A stretch of 64,000 bases of DNA from contig JAAOMT010000503.1 in NCBI GenBank assembly GCA_016748015.1, positions 62,001 to 126,000 on the forward strand, read 5' to 3'. Source of the stretch: Geosiphon pyriformis uo1. Taxonomy: Eukaryota; Fungi; Glomeromycota. Position numbers and translations under genes: made by a program. The notes below the pieces were generated by a model that saw only the letters and a list, made by a program, of their open reading frames with translations, did not search any database and had not been told where the DNA came from. Every line of letters begins with the position of its first letter. The stretch's first letter is position 1. Positions 26,161 through 38,934 of the stretch are shown one piece after another.

Positions 26161-27383
26161 ATGCCAAAATATTATTGTGGTGAGTTTTGTTCTTCAGTTA
26201 ATTCGAACTGCTGAACCTTTTCTTGGCTCTAGCTAATAACCCCTTGCATTTGAAACTTTCTAACTGTCTTCCTGCAAAAGACTATTGTGATGTATATCTT
26301 ACTCATGGTAAAGTTCTAAATGTTGAATAAACATTTTACATGTTTTATAAAATTTTGACCTTTAAATTTTTCTCAAAAGATTCGTCGTCAGTAAGAAAAG
26401 CACATAATAATGGTAAAAATCATATAATGAACGTTCGAAACTACTATGCGGGTCTGTATCAATTTTGAATCGTTTTCAGTTTATCTTGGTTATTCGATTT
26501 AGTGTGATACTTGATTAAAAAAAAAACTTTTTTGATCAACCCAAAAGAATTGGGACAGGATAAAGCCCAAGCGATTATTGATGAAATTACAAAAGCTTAT
26601 GAAAGAGTGGGACAATCAGGTGAGAAAGGATTATTCGAATTAGAGGAAATATTATGAGGAAACCATTATATCAAAATCTTCATTCCAATTGAAGATTTTA
26701 ACTTGTAATTCCATAGGATTCCCACCACAATATGGCTATCCACCAGGTGCTGCTCCACCAGTAGCTGCCACTGCTGTTATTCCGGGTCCACCTTTTTCTG
26801 GTAAGGCAATTGTAGAAATCCTTTCAAGACAAACAAAAATTTATCACCACTTCTATTATTAGGACCTCCTCCTGCTATGATACTTGGTAGGCCACCTACA
26901 TCAGGGGCACCAGGAACTACTGGTGCTCCTGGTATAGTTTCATCTGGACCCCCCCCTGGGATGTCAGGCCCACCACCAGGGATGGGAATGCCACCAGGTT
27001 TAGCTCCTCCGTCAATGATGAGACCACCAATGGTCATTACAACACCTGGTGCTCATTCAAACTATCCTACGATGCCACCATCACCAACTCAATCATATAC
27101 CGGAGCAGGAGGACCTCAAAATTCATCAATTTATATGAGATCACAACTGGTTGGCCAATATTCTGGTCCAACAGGTATCCCCCCCTCACAATATATCTCA
27201 GCTACAGGTATTGGTGGGCCTCCAGTTCCAATCAAAGCCGAATCTCCGACCTCACCATATCAACAATCATACCCAGTTGCACCATCAAATCAATATCATC
27301 ATCCTCCACCACTGGCTCCGACTGGTGGTAATCAACAACCAATATCCATGATTAGAGGAATAAAAAGACAGGCAGAAGATTAA
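26161..27383 (+). CDS. YHC1: U1 snRNP protein C
   Basis: Spliced N-terminus [38 protein letters not shown] (U1-type zinc finger), followed by a Pro/Gly/Met-rich tail. Confidence 0.95.
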
Positions 27384-27677
27384 AATTAAAATTCATGAAA
27401 TCGTAAACCTCAACAACAATGATAATGAAAAAATTAGATAGATTAAAGAAGTATCGAATGAAATCGTAATAAATCCTTTCAAATAATGAATAAATGCTAT
27501 CTCTTGTCCTCTCTTCTAGTAAAAGCTTCTCTATAAGAGTATTCTCAATTTTCTAATTCAATTAACCGCTTTTCTTGTTTTGTTTTATTTTGTAAAAGCA
27601 AGTCTTTAAAAACAAGTTATTGCCCCAATAAAAGATGGCCTTAACTGAAAAATTGGTTCAATTAACGATACCATATT

Positions 27678-28143
27678 TTATTGAGATCTGAGATACCAAG
27701 CACTGTTACGTGAGAATTCAGGTGGTGCAATCGGATTAGTCTACTCGAAATATGAAGAAATTTAAGATTTAGAGAAAATATTAACATATGATCATCTGGA
27801 AGAAATTACAAACACTCTGTCCACGCATGGTTCCTGTTAAGCAGCGGTCCCTTTCCATCATTTTTTTATCCCATATATCTAAAGCATATCTTGGTGGCTG
27901 AAAAATATAAGAAGTATTCAATTATGATAATTGACATCTCAATTATATTAGGAAAATTAAGAAAAACTACCTTTCCTTCGTTTTTGTATTTACTAACGAA
28001 GTCAAGTGAAGCACCAGTTACTCCATACATAGCAACGATGAACCCTGCAAAAGTATTTCCATTTCAAAAGTTTTGGCAAAATACTTTCAATTTGGCTGAA
28101 AATAATTACCGAAAGGAATAAGAGCCGTGAAGGGAATTGGCAT
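27678..28143 (-). CDS. NDUFA1: Complex I accessory subunit NDUFA1 (MWFE/NIMM), 4 exons; missed by the ORF track
   Basis: Spliced MPIPFTALIPFGFIVAMYGVTGASLDFVSKYKNEGKPPRYALDIWDKKMMERDRCLTGTMRGQSTNPIAPPEFSRNSAWYLRSQ, with the W..MMERD.xLTG signature. Confidence 0.9.
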
Positions 28144-28368
28144 GTTTTTTCTTGAGCAGCAGAATGAATAATAGTTATCAGAGGAAACCCAAGTCTTCGA
28201 ATGAGTGTTGATTATATTCTAAATCTCTGATATGGCAGATCATTGGATAAACCGTGTAACGGGATTCAAAGATTCGCGTTTTATATAAATAATAAATAAA
28301 GGGAAGCAACTTCGCTTTAATACTTTTCCCTTCAGTATTTTAATTTTTCCTATTAGCTTTTTAAGATA

Positions 28369-28768
28369 ATGGATAAGGATGATGAGGCTCCGGGTATATA
28401 TAAAGTTTGGTTCACTTTTTCAAACTTTAGATATCCTTACAGTTCAGACAATCTTTTTCCCTCTAGCAATGCAATTAACAGAGGAAGAAATGGCAGCTGA
28501 GGGCATTCCACTTAACTTTCGTGATTGTTGTGCCCACCTGCTAGTTCCTTTAAATAGATGTCGTAAAAAGAATTACTATTTACCTTGGAAATGTGTGGAC
28601 GAAAGACACATATATGAAAAGTGTTTGTTTGAAGAGTAGGTATCTTCACAGCCAAATTTTCTTCCTCTTTCATCCACAAGATTATTAAATTCATATCACA
28701 ATAGCCTCTTACGACGAAAACGTGTTTTTCAAAAACGAAAACAAGAGGAAGCAGCCAAGAAAACTTAA
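28369..28768 (+). CDS. NDUFB7: Complex I accessory subunit NDUFB7 (B18), 3 exons
   Basis: MQLTEEEMAAEGIPLNFRDCCAHLLVPLNRCRKKNYYLPWKCVDERHIYEKC, a twin CX9C-type motif. Exons 28369-28393, 28467-28635 and 28705-28768. Confidence 0.93.
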
Positions 28769-29018
28769 ATTCGAAATTTGAAATAAATGGCTGATATGTT
28801 TCAGTAATCCAAAAAGTTCCAGATTAAACAATTGAATCAAAAAATGACAAGACTCAGAATAAGAATTTGATTTATTTAGATTCATCTAATGAAATGAAAA
28901 TTTTTGAGAAAGGCATATAAATTAGACCGTTCATTGTAGTTTTACCTTCCAGTTTACAGATATGAAATTCACGCACAGGTTCTACAACTCGAACCAAAAG
29001 CCCCTTATTATTATTGCT

Positions 29019-29442
29019 TTAATTTCGTTTCAATTTCTGCTCCAAAAACAAAACATGCGTATTCACTTTCATTATAAAAAAAAATCAATCATGAGGATTG
29101 GCCGGATACGATGAAAAAAGTTACCTATTTTAATTATAAGCACTTACCAGTTGGGTCGTGTTTCATTAGAGATAATTTAGGTGACAACCTAGGACGTCGT
29201 CTTGTATAAAAAAACCCAGTACCGGCTGTTGAAACGAGCTTGACTATAATTACTCTAAATAAAGGAAATAATTCAATGATCAAATTTTTTTATACACTAA
29301 TACATTACCCAATTACTTGTTCTTGAACTCTCTCTTACCTTGCCTTGGTTTTTTGGGCCACTACATCGTGAAAAAGGTTAACCAGATTAAAAAGTATAAA
29401 GCACAAAGCAGAAAACAGAAAACAGAAAAGCCCAAACGTACT
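29019..29442 (-). CDS. MRPL33: Mitochondrial ribosomal protein bL33m, with the ATG split by an intron; missed by the ORF track
   Basis: Spliced MAQKTKARVIIVKLVSTAGTGFFYTRRRPRLSPKLSLMKHDPTVNTHVLFLEQKLKRN. L33 motifs LVSTAGTGFFY and K.DP.V..HVLF.E. Confidence 0.9.
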
Positions 29443-29779
29443 TCCTGGAAATATTAGACTACCAGCCCATGAATTAACTGACGAAGTGATTATTTAAAAG
29501 AAATATGATGTCATTTAAGATTTACCAATTATATATGTTTAAACATATTTATACAGTAAATAATATTTAGAATATTTATATAAAATTAAAGTATTAGACT
29601 TAATTAATTATAATTGAAATATTAATAATTTAAAAATATTATAAACCATTTAAAAATTATAAAAAAAATCTCTTTTTATTTCTTAGTTTTTAGATTTTAT
29701 GTTTACAACCAAAGCAAAAAAAAACTATTTTGCTATTAAAACTGAGAAAACAATAATCTTATTTAGCTGTTAAAGCATA

Positions 29780-30750
29780 GGTTAATGATACGATCTGGAT
29801 TGGCAATTACAAAACTACAATTCAACATATCCTAGATATTATAAATGAATTCTTTGGCATTAATAACATTTTTATTAATAATAATAAAACTGTAATCATT
29901 TTTATTAATTAAGAAACTTAATATACTTTTTTAAATATTAATAGATTACTAATTTTAATAGCTAAAAAAAATGAATTGTACAAATATCTTGGTTTTATTG
30001 TTAATAGAGAATTTTTTAAAGCTTAGTTTGGCTAAAGCTTATATAGATATCAAATTTTTTACAAATAAGATAAACAATTTTTTTACTTGGTTTCTGTAGT
30101 TTTTTAATATATTATTTATTATAAAATACAATTTTGTTTTGTTTTAAAGAATATTTATGTTAAATAAGACACTATTATAAAAAAAGCCTTAAATTTAAAA
30201 TAAAATTACTTAAAAATTTTTCCAATAAATTCATCTTTTTATAATTCAAAACAGTTTAAACAAATTTAAACTGAGAATATATTGGCTTTTGTTATGTAGT
30301 TTTTAAATATAAAAAGCATTTTGAATAGACTTTTTAATTACTGTTATTTAAATTTGTAAATTTTTGTTTGAATATTATTATATCTTTTTTAATAGTCTAT
30401 TAAGTTAAATATTAATTTCAAACCCAATTTTTTGGTTGGTATTACAAGCATTTTTTTAAATAATAATATTTTTTTACTAATTTTATAATTAATATATTTT
30501 GTTTTATTAAAAAAATACCAATATTAATTGTTTTAAATTGGTTTATTTTTTTTTGGTTCCTTATTTTTTAAAAAATTTAGTATTGTTTTTGTAAAACAGC
30601 TTTTAAATAAAAAGTCTGTATTTTAACTAATTAAGTTTTTATTATTAAAAAAAACTGGATTTAAAAAACCCAATTTTTAGATAATTTATATTAATAATTA
30701 CTTGTTTTATTTACTTTTAAAAACTTAATTACAATATTACTAAGTTTTGT
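29780..30750 (+). mobile_element. Decayed LINE ORF2 fragment (RT xxDD region onward)
   Basis: 29781 onward reads VNDTIWIGNY...ILDIINEFFGINNIFINNNKTV, homologous to 3656-3780. Confidence 0.8.
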
Positions 30751-31557
30751 GGAAAAAAATTCTCTGTTAATTCTGATTTAAAATTAGAAAACAAAAAAAA
30801 TTTAAAACCTAGTTAAACAATTTTTAATACTTTAAAATTATTGCTAAATACTTGTAAATATTTAAACAAAAAATTAATATTAAACTATTATTTTTTTTAG
30901 TTTTACTTGCTTAAACTTAAACATTCAATTTATTACTTAATCAATTTTTAAAACCAAAAAACTTTAAACCAAAATAAGCATTCAAAAACATTAGCAAATA
31001 AAAAAAATGTTTTTAAATTAATTAAAAAAAATTCACAAACAATAAAAAATAATAATAATAATAATAACTGCATATATTGTAAAAATTTTTAAATTTACAA
31101 AAAAAAATATTAAAACCAGTTCTTAAAAATAACTTAACAAAGTTATCAAAGCAAAAAATATTAATAAATAAAATACAATAAAAATATTAAAAGCAATTTC
31201 TTATTTTTTATAAAAAATTATTAAGAAATAATTTAAAAATCTTATTTAATTTTTTAAAAATTAACAAACATTTAGAATTGCTTTTTTCGAGCAATTTATT
31301 GACAATAATATCTTAATTACTTTTCAAAATTGGTTTTAAAATATCAAATAAAAACCAATTAAATCTGTTATAATTTATCTTAAAAAGTTTAACAAACATT
31401 TTATATAAATTTAACAATTAAAAACAAATAACTATTATTTTAATACACAAATATTAGACTAATTTATTGTAAAATTAAAAAACAAACTGATCAAAAAAGT
31501 TTATTTACATATTTTAAAAAATTTAACTATTATTATTTACTATACTAGAGTTTATAA

Positions 31558-32570
31558 TATTTGTTAAAATACCATACTGGTTTCTTGTTATTGAAAAAAA
31601 AACCAGTTTCTGAAAATGCTTAATATTTTATTAGACAGCTATATAAAATTGTTGGTTTTGTCAACTGAAAATTCAAATACACTAATAGTATTGTAAATAT
31701 AACATTTTATAATTTTTTCAATATATATAAAACCTTTGGTATATAGTATTTTAATAGTTGTGTTAAATTTGGTTTCACTAGTTTTGCTTCTGTAGTATTT
31801 TGATCCTATTTTATGAAGATTTTACATTACTATTTGTCTATAACCAAGAGAAAAAAACTATATAACTCAAATTATTTTAGTGTATTATGTATTTAATATA
31901 GACTAATTAAAGACTCTGATTATATATTTTTAGGTATTCATAATAATTGTACTAAAAAAAACCTAATCTTAAATACTATCTAAAAATAAATTGATTTACT
32001 GTATATTTGTATTGCTAATTGTAAAGTAATCTGATTTTTGTATAAAGTAGAATCTTTTAATTACTTATATATATTATTGGTTAAAAGTTTTATATTAAAG
32101 AAATAAATGACTAAGATAGTATGCTTATTAAATATTAGGTTTAATAATGATGTGATAGTTATTAATTTAATTAGAAATTTTGTTAAGGATTATAGAGCTG
32201 CTATTTGGTTACCAGACACATAATTAAGAGCACATTATAAAAAACATAATCTTTTGCTTTATGATAGATTAGTTGCTTTATCTATTTCAAGATTGTTATC
32301 TATATGAATTCTTAAAATAATTTATAATTTTAATATCAAATTAGATATATATGTTTGTTTTAGATTATACTCTCTTTTGATTAGTTTTTATTTTATTTTT
32401 ATATAGGATTTTTTTGTAGTAAATAGTGTAAGTATATAGTGTTGTCTTGATTGATCCAAGTTGCTGGTTATATGTAAAAAAAGCATAAACCATACTTAAT
32501 CTAAAATCTTCTTTAATTGATTGTTTTTAAGTAGTAATTGGACTGTATTCATAAAACTTAATAAAAAAAA
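31558..32570 (+). mobile_element. 5'-truncated LINE inserted in the Gypsy gag, with poly(A) and a ~9-bp TSD
   Basis: Family 3' UTR and A-tail at 32435-32570. Flanks are agtttataa (31549-31557) and agcttataa (32570-32578). The uninterrupted site is present at about 53681-53720. Confidence 0.82.
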
Positions 32571-34639
32571 GCTTATAAAATAGCAATAAAAAAAGCCAAT
32601 CAAATTAAGTTTATTAATTTAGTAATAAATAAAACAAGTTTAATAGCTAAATAAAAATTGATTAACTTATTAAGAAAGTTAAAACTTATTTTACTAATTA
32701 ATAGCAAAAATACTAATTACTACAATAATAAAATAAAGACAACTTTTTATTATTATTAAATAATTAATTATAAGACTTAAATTGTTATTATTATAGAATT
32801 TTAGAATACTAAAAACGTAATTGCAAAAAATACAAAAAAATTAACAAAAACAAAATAATTAATATTATTTAATTATAATAATTATAATAATTATTAATTA
32901 TTTTTTAAGATTTTAACTTAATTATTATTAACTTATTTTATTATTAATTTAATAATATCATTACCAATTATCTTTAATATAAAATTATTAACTATTAATA
33001 AAAAGATTGGTTTAATTCAACCAATTTTTATTACAAAATTATTTTAATTTAACAATAATAAAATTGGTTTTAATAATTAATTGGTATTTTATAATAATAA
33101 TTAACAATTACCAAAACATTTTTATATTTACTTCAACTATTTTACAATATTTAAAGACCAATATTTTATTATATTGTATTTTTAAAAAATAAAATTATAA
33201 TTACAGCAACAAAATTTTTTAAACAATAATATTATAATTTTATTTACAAAAATAACTAAAAATACCAATTTATCTGATATTTTTTTTTAAATTTAAAGTT
33301 TACAAATTATTATTTCTATTTAATAATATAATTATTATAAAACAAAAAGCAATTATTATAATATACACTAAAATTAAAATAAAAAAAGCATTTTAGTTAA
33401 TCTTAAATAATAGATTGGCTGAAAATATTATTATTTATTAACTAATACAAAAGTTTATATGAAATATAAACTAATTTGCTTAAATTATAATTGTTATAGT
33501 TAATAATATAAAAAAACACTAATTAGAAAAATTGATAACTTTTTTTTTATAATTAATAAAATTATTATTTTAATCAAAATTTTTATTATATATATACTCT
33601 AATATTAAGCTTTTGTTAAAAATAATTGGCTTTTAAAGCCAATATCAAATTAAATTAATAAATTTAAAAACTAAAGATTTTATATTAAGAATAATAAATT
33701 AGAATATTTATTATTTGTGGTATTTTTAATAAATAATCTAAAAAAGCTTTTGTATTTAAATTTAAGAAAAAAAAACCAGTTATCAAAATTTACATAATAT
33801 TTAATTATAATTTAATCAAATTAAAGAAATATAATAATAACTATTTGAAATACTTAAATTATAATCTATTTTTTATGATTTAAAAATTTAAACAATAAAT
33901 TAATATTATTAATTAAACAAATTAGTAGTAAATATATCATTTATTCAAAAAAAACAAGTTTATATATTATTTAAATACAAAAATTGTGATAAAAAACTCT
34001 TATTTATAAAAACTTATATATTATTTAAAAAAAATATAGAAATTATATTTGTTATTATTATAAAGTTTATTATAATAAATTATATTTTATTTGTAAATAA
34101 TTATTAAATAAATATAATTAAATTAATATTGTAATAAAAAAAATTTTGTAATTAAATCTATTAATATATATTAATAATATTAAAGAAAGTAAAAAAAAAA
34201 ATGTTTTTTATAGTAGTATATAATAATACTTTTAATAAATTACACTATTACTCTTATAATATTAAAATAATTTATAAATTAACAATTGTTATTATTAATA
34301 AAAAAACCCAATAATATATTTGACAGATAAAAAAAGCTAAATCTTAAAATTTGCTAAATTTGACTATAAAAACAAAGTTAAATTATATTATATAATATTT
34401 AATTATGCATATTTTTTAAAAAAAAACTTATATTTAACAATTAAAACAAATAAATATTCAACTTTGTAAAAAATATATCATGTTTTATAATAACTAATAG
34501 TATTTAAAATATTATGCTTTTAATATATTATTATTTATTAAAAATAATAAAAACAAAATTAAATTTGAAAAACCAGAATTAAAAAAATTTTTAATAATTT
34601 AATCTATTTTATTAAAAACCAATTTGCATTATAACTTAA

Positions 34640-35046
34640 ATATTTTGATAATTATATGCAAGAAATTAAACCAAAAAAAGCTTATAAAATTAATATTTAA
34701 AAAAAAAACTTTGGTTTTATAACTAAAATTATTAAAAAAAATCAACTTGAAAATTGCTCTTAAAATTTTTTTAAAAGCAATAATACAAATTGCTTTTTAA
34801 TTATTATTAACAAACAAAAAAATCAATATTAAAAAAGAAGTTATAAATACAAAATACATTAAAAATATTACAATTATGCTTTAAAATAAAACAAAAACAT
34901 TATTTAAAATTAAATATATTAAAAAAATTGCTTAAGTTATTTATTTGTTTTTAATTAATATTTCAAATTTGCAATTAATAAAAATAAAAATAAACTTAGA
35001 AAAAATAAAAAAAACCTAAAAATTTGAATTAATTAAATTATTTATA
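34640..35046 (+). pseudogene. dUTPase domain relic inside Gypsy pol
   Basis: 34741-34980 translates INLKIALKIFLKAIIQIAF*LLLTNKKINIKKEVINTKYIKNITIML*N...KKIA*VI. By transitions alone this becomes IALEIPPGAMVQIASRSSLASKGINVRGGVIDAGYTGDITIMLQN...EKIAQAI. A motif V relic (RGTQGFGSTG) lies at about 35008-35037. Confidence 0.8.
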
Positions 35047-36111
35047 TAAGAATTTAATAAATTAAACCAAATTAAACTTTAAATACTATTTAAGTTCAGT
35101 TTATATTATAAATCAAACCAAATTTTTAAAATAAATTTAATTTAAGTTTTAAATTAAAAATTTTTGACAAGTTTAAATTTAGTTCAAATTTGGATTAAAA
35201 TTTATAAACTTGTTTAACTTTAATAATTAATTAAAAAAGTATATAAAATTATATATATATAACAATTTTACTTTTTAATTTATTAAAATAAATTTGTTGT
35301 TTAATATTATTAAAGATTTAAAATTCAAAATAATAAAATTTGATAACTTAAATAGTTCAAAAATTAATATTTTTAATAAATATAATTTTTAGAGTAAAAT
35401 ATAAAATTATTTTAATAAATTTAAGTAAATATAAAAAAAAACAGCTAAATATTTAAAATATATACATAACTTTTTTTTTTATAAAATTATAAGTATTTAT
35501 AGTATTATTTAGAGACTTTTTATTAAACAATATATATTTAATAAAAAATATTATAAAAAAAAACAAAATATTCAAAAAAATTACAAATTAATTAAATAAA
35601 TATTTTAAATTACTATTTTTTACAATTTTTTGGCCAATTTAACTAAAAAACTGCATTTAAATTATTATTATTATTATTAAAAATTTGATATTTAAATACA
35701 TTAAAATACAATTTTTTTATTTTATACATATATTTTGTAATTACTTAACAATTTAAAAATTATTTGTTGTTTTTAAATATTTTTTTTTACAAATACAAAT
35801 ATAATTACAAATATAAAGTTTTGTTTAGTGTTTAAAACTATAAAAACAGCATAGTGTTTTTGATTATAGATATAAAAACTATTAAAAAAAATTAGTTAAT
35901 AATATAATATAATTTTTAATAATTAAATCTGAATATGTTTATAAACTTTAAATTAAACTTATTATTTAGATTTGAATTTGGTTTAAATTTAATGATTTTA
36001 AGTTCAGTTTGAATTTAAGTTCAAAATTTAGCCAAAATTTTTGTTTAAATTTGATTTAATTTAATAATTTAATTAAATTTAAACCAAACCAAACTAAATA
36101 ACAAAGTCTTA
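35047..36111. mobile_element. Non-autonomous hAT-like DNA transposon inserted between dUTPase and RT
   Basis: Short TIR taagaattt / aaagtctta. Flanking 8-mers are tatttata and aatttaca. Decayed AACC/GGTT-type subterminal repeats lie at both ends. The Gypsy reading appears to resume at 36112. Confidence 0.65.
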
Positions 36112-38784
36112 AATTTACAGTTTTAGTAAATATAGTTTTTAATATACAAAATAAATTTTATTAAATCTTTAAACTACTAAAAATAATTATTTTTTTATTA
36201 TTTAAAGAACTTTATAAAGTATATATTTGTTTAAAACTAATTAATACTTAACAAATTTTTGAATAAATTTATAAAAAACATAAAATTTTAATTTTAAACA
36301 TTTAACTATTCAAAAAAACAAAAGAATTTAATATTATTTTTTACAATTTTTAATAATTATTTTATAATATTAGTAAAACAATTGAAAATTAAAATTATTT
36401 ATAATAATATTTTTTAATAAGCAATATCATAATAAGTTTCAAATTTTACAAAAATTAAATATTTATTCTTAAAATTTAATTTAATTTTTATTTTTAAGAA
36501 TTATTATATTATTATTGAAAAACTATTACGAATTAACATAAGACAATTGGAACCATAACAACAAAAACTACTTAAATAATTTATTACAAAATATATAAAC
36601 ATATTTATTAAAGATAATAATAATAATTTAAAAAGAATAAATTTAATTTAACATTAAATTTATATTAATAATATTTAACCAAAATAACAATAAATCTATT
36701 AAGTACTACTTATTAGTTATTAATTATTAGTTTATTAAAAAAAAAGTCCAAAAAAAACTCAAAAAAGACTTATTTAATTATTAAAAAGCCTATAAACTTT
36801 ATTAATAATTCTAATAAAAAAAAACTAAAAAAAACCAATTTTTTATAAATGATTATTAATTTAACAATATAACAATTAAAAATGCTTATTTCTTATCACA
36901 AATTAATAATATGTTAAATATTTTTTCATATTAAATTTAGAAAATAAATATTAATAAGTAGTTATAAATTTTAAAAATTAGTTAAAAACAGTATTTATTA
37001 CATAAAAAAAAATTATAAGTTTAATATAATGTTTTTTAAATTATGTAATATATTGGTAATATTTTAATATTTTATAGATATTATATATAATAAATTTTTA
37101 TAACAACTAATAGTTGTTTATCTTAATAATACTAATGTTTATTTTTTAATATTTAAAATTTATTTAATTTATTTACAAAAAGTTTTTTAATAATTACAAG
37201 AAAAAAAATTAAAATATAATATTAAAAAATATTATTTTAATAAACAAATTAGTTATATTATTAGTAAAAAAAAAATTAAACTTGATTCAGAAAAAATAAA
37301 TACAGTACAAAATTTTAAAATTCTTTAAAACATAATTAAATTAAGAAAATTTATAAGATTAATATTTTATTATTAAAAATTTATTAAAAAATTTTCAAAA
37401 ATTACCAAATTTTTCAACTATCTGGTCAACAAAAATATAAAATATTAATAAATTAAAATTCAATAAAAAGTTTTTAATACTTTTAAAACAAGATTAATAA
37501 CTGTTTTAATTTTTGTCTATTTTAATTTTAACAAAAAATTTCAATTAATTACTAATATTTTTTATATAATATTTAGTATTATTTTATTATAATTAAATAA
37601 CTAAAACAATAAAAAACAGTTATTTATATAACTTTTAAACCAACAGAAACCAAATAGTTGTTTATTAAATTAAAAATAATAACAATTATTTAAATTTTAA
37701 AACACTTTTAATAATATTTAAAAAAAAATTAAAAATTTAATAATAATATTAATAATATTAGACTTAAATTATTCAAGAAAAAAAATCAAAGCTCAATATT
37801 AAACAGTTATAAAAAACTGATTTCTTAGTTAAATATATTTATATTGTATATTATAAACCAAAAAAAATTACACACAAATGTAAATAATTTTTTAAGAATA
37901 AAACAAAATTAATACAAAACCAACTTAATAATTTAAATAAATTAACAAACAATAAATTTTAACAAATACAACAATATTAAAAATTATTTAAAAACACTTA
38001 CAATGCCAAAAAACTGGATTTTAAATAAAAAACATTAGTTATAATATTAATTAAAACAATATTTTATATACAACAATTTAAATAATCTATTTAGATTAAT
38101 ATAAAAACATAAAAAAAAACAAATTTAAACAATATATATTTAAATTTATTATTAATATATTTGAGAAAAAACAACACAATTTAAAAAATACTAAAATATT
38201 ATTTTTGGCCCAAAATAAAAAAATATATATTAAATTTTGTAATAATTATTAAAAAAAAACACATTTTATTAAATCTTTAACAATATTAATAATAATAATA
38301 ATAATAAAATCAACTAATTTTAATATTATAATAAACTTAACAATCTTAAATATTATTATTAATTAAAACTTAATATAAAATAATTTAGACTTTTATTATT
38401 AATTTAACTTATATTATTGTTTTATATTTTAATATTAATTAATTAATTATATTTATTTAAAAAAATTTACTGAAATTTTTGTAAAATTAACAGTATTAAA
38501 ACTCAAAATAACATTACTTAAAAATAGATAAAAAACCTTTTTTTAAAAAATGTATTTTAATTAAAATTAATAAATAGTTTAAAAGTTTTAATATTTAATA
38601 TAAATATTATTTACTAAAACAAATATTAAATATATTAAAGTTTTTTAAAAACAACAATAAATACTTTTTAAGTAATAAGAAAGTTTATTTTAATATAATA
38701 ATAGCTAAAAAAAAGTTAAGCAAATATGCATTATAAATTGTTTCTTATAATTTTATTATAATTATACCATTTCATAGGGATTTA

Positions 38785-38792
38785 TCACGTGA
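38785..38792. promoter_or_regulatory. TCACGTGA E-box (bHLH site) about 140 bp upstream of PCMT1
   Basis: Perfect palindrome at the edge of the AT-rich block. Function is inferred. Confidence 0.4.
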
Positions 38793-38934
38793 CCATGAAT
38801 TTTTTATTAAAGGACCCTTTTTCTTTTATATTTTGTCAAGTTCAAAAACCTGACTTCTATCACAATCTTTTATGCCGAATTTTCCCTCAAAACATAAAGT
38901 GACCAGATCTATAAACCGTTTTCTCTCTTTGAAC

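Larger units (their letters stand above)
30780..38700 (+). mobile_element. Ty3/Gypsy LTR retrotransposon relic (gag-protease-dUTPase-RT-RNase H-partial integrase) carrying two nested insertions
   Basis: After reversing transitions: gag 30.8-33 kb with a CCHC knuckle at about 32780-32825; protease LILDSGS-like at about 33395; RT DAYPLPRIDDML (36881-), FNVMPFGLCNAPATFQ (about 37020) and YLDD as TAT CTT AAT AAT (37119-37130); RNase H about 37500-37800; integrase Zn region about 38200. Boundaries are approximate. Confidence 0.85.
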
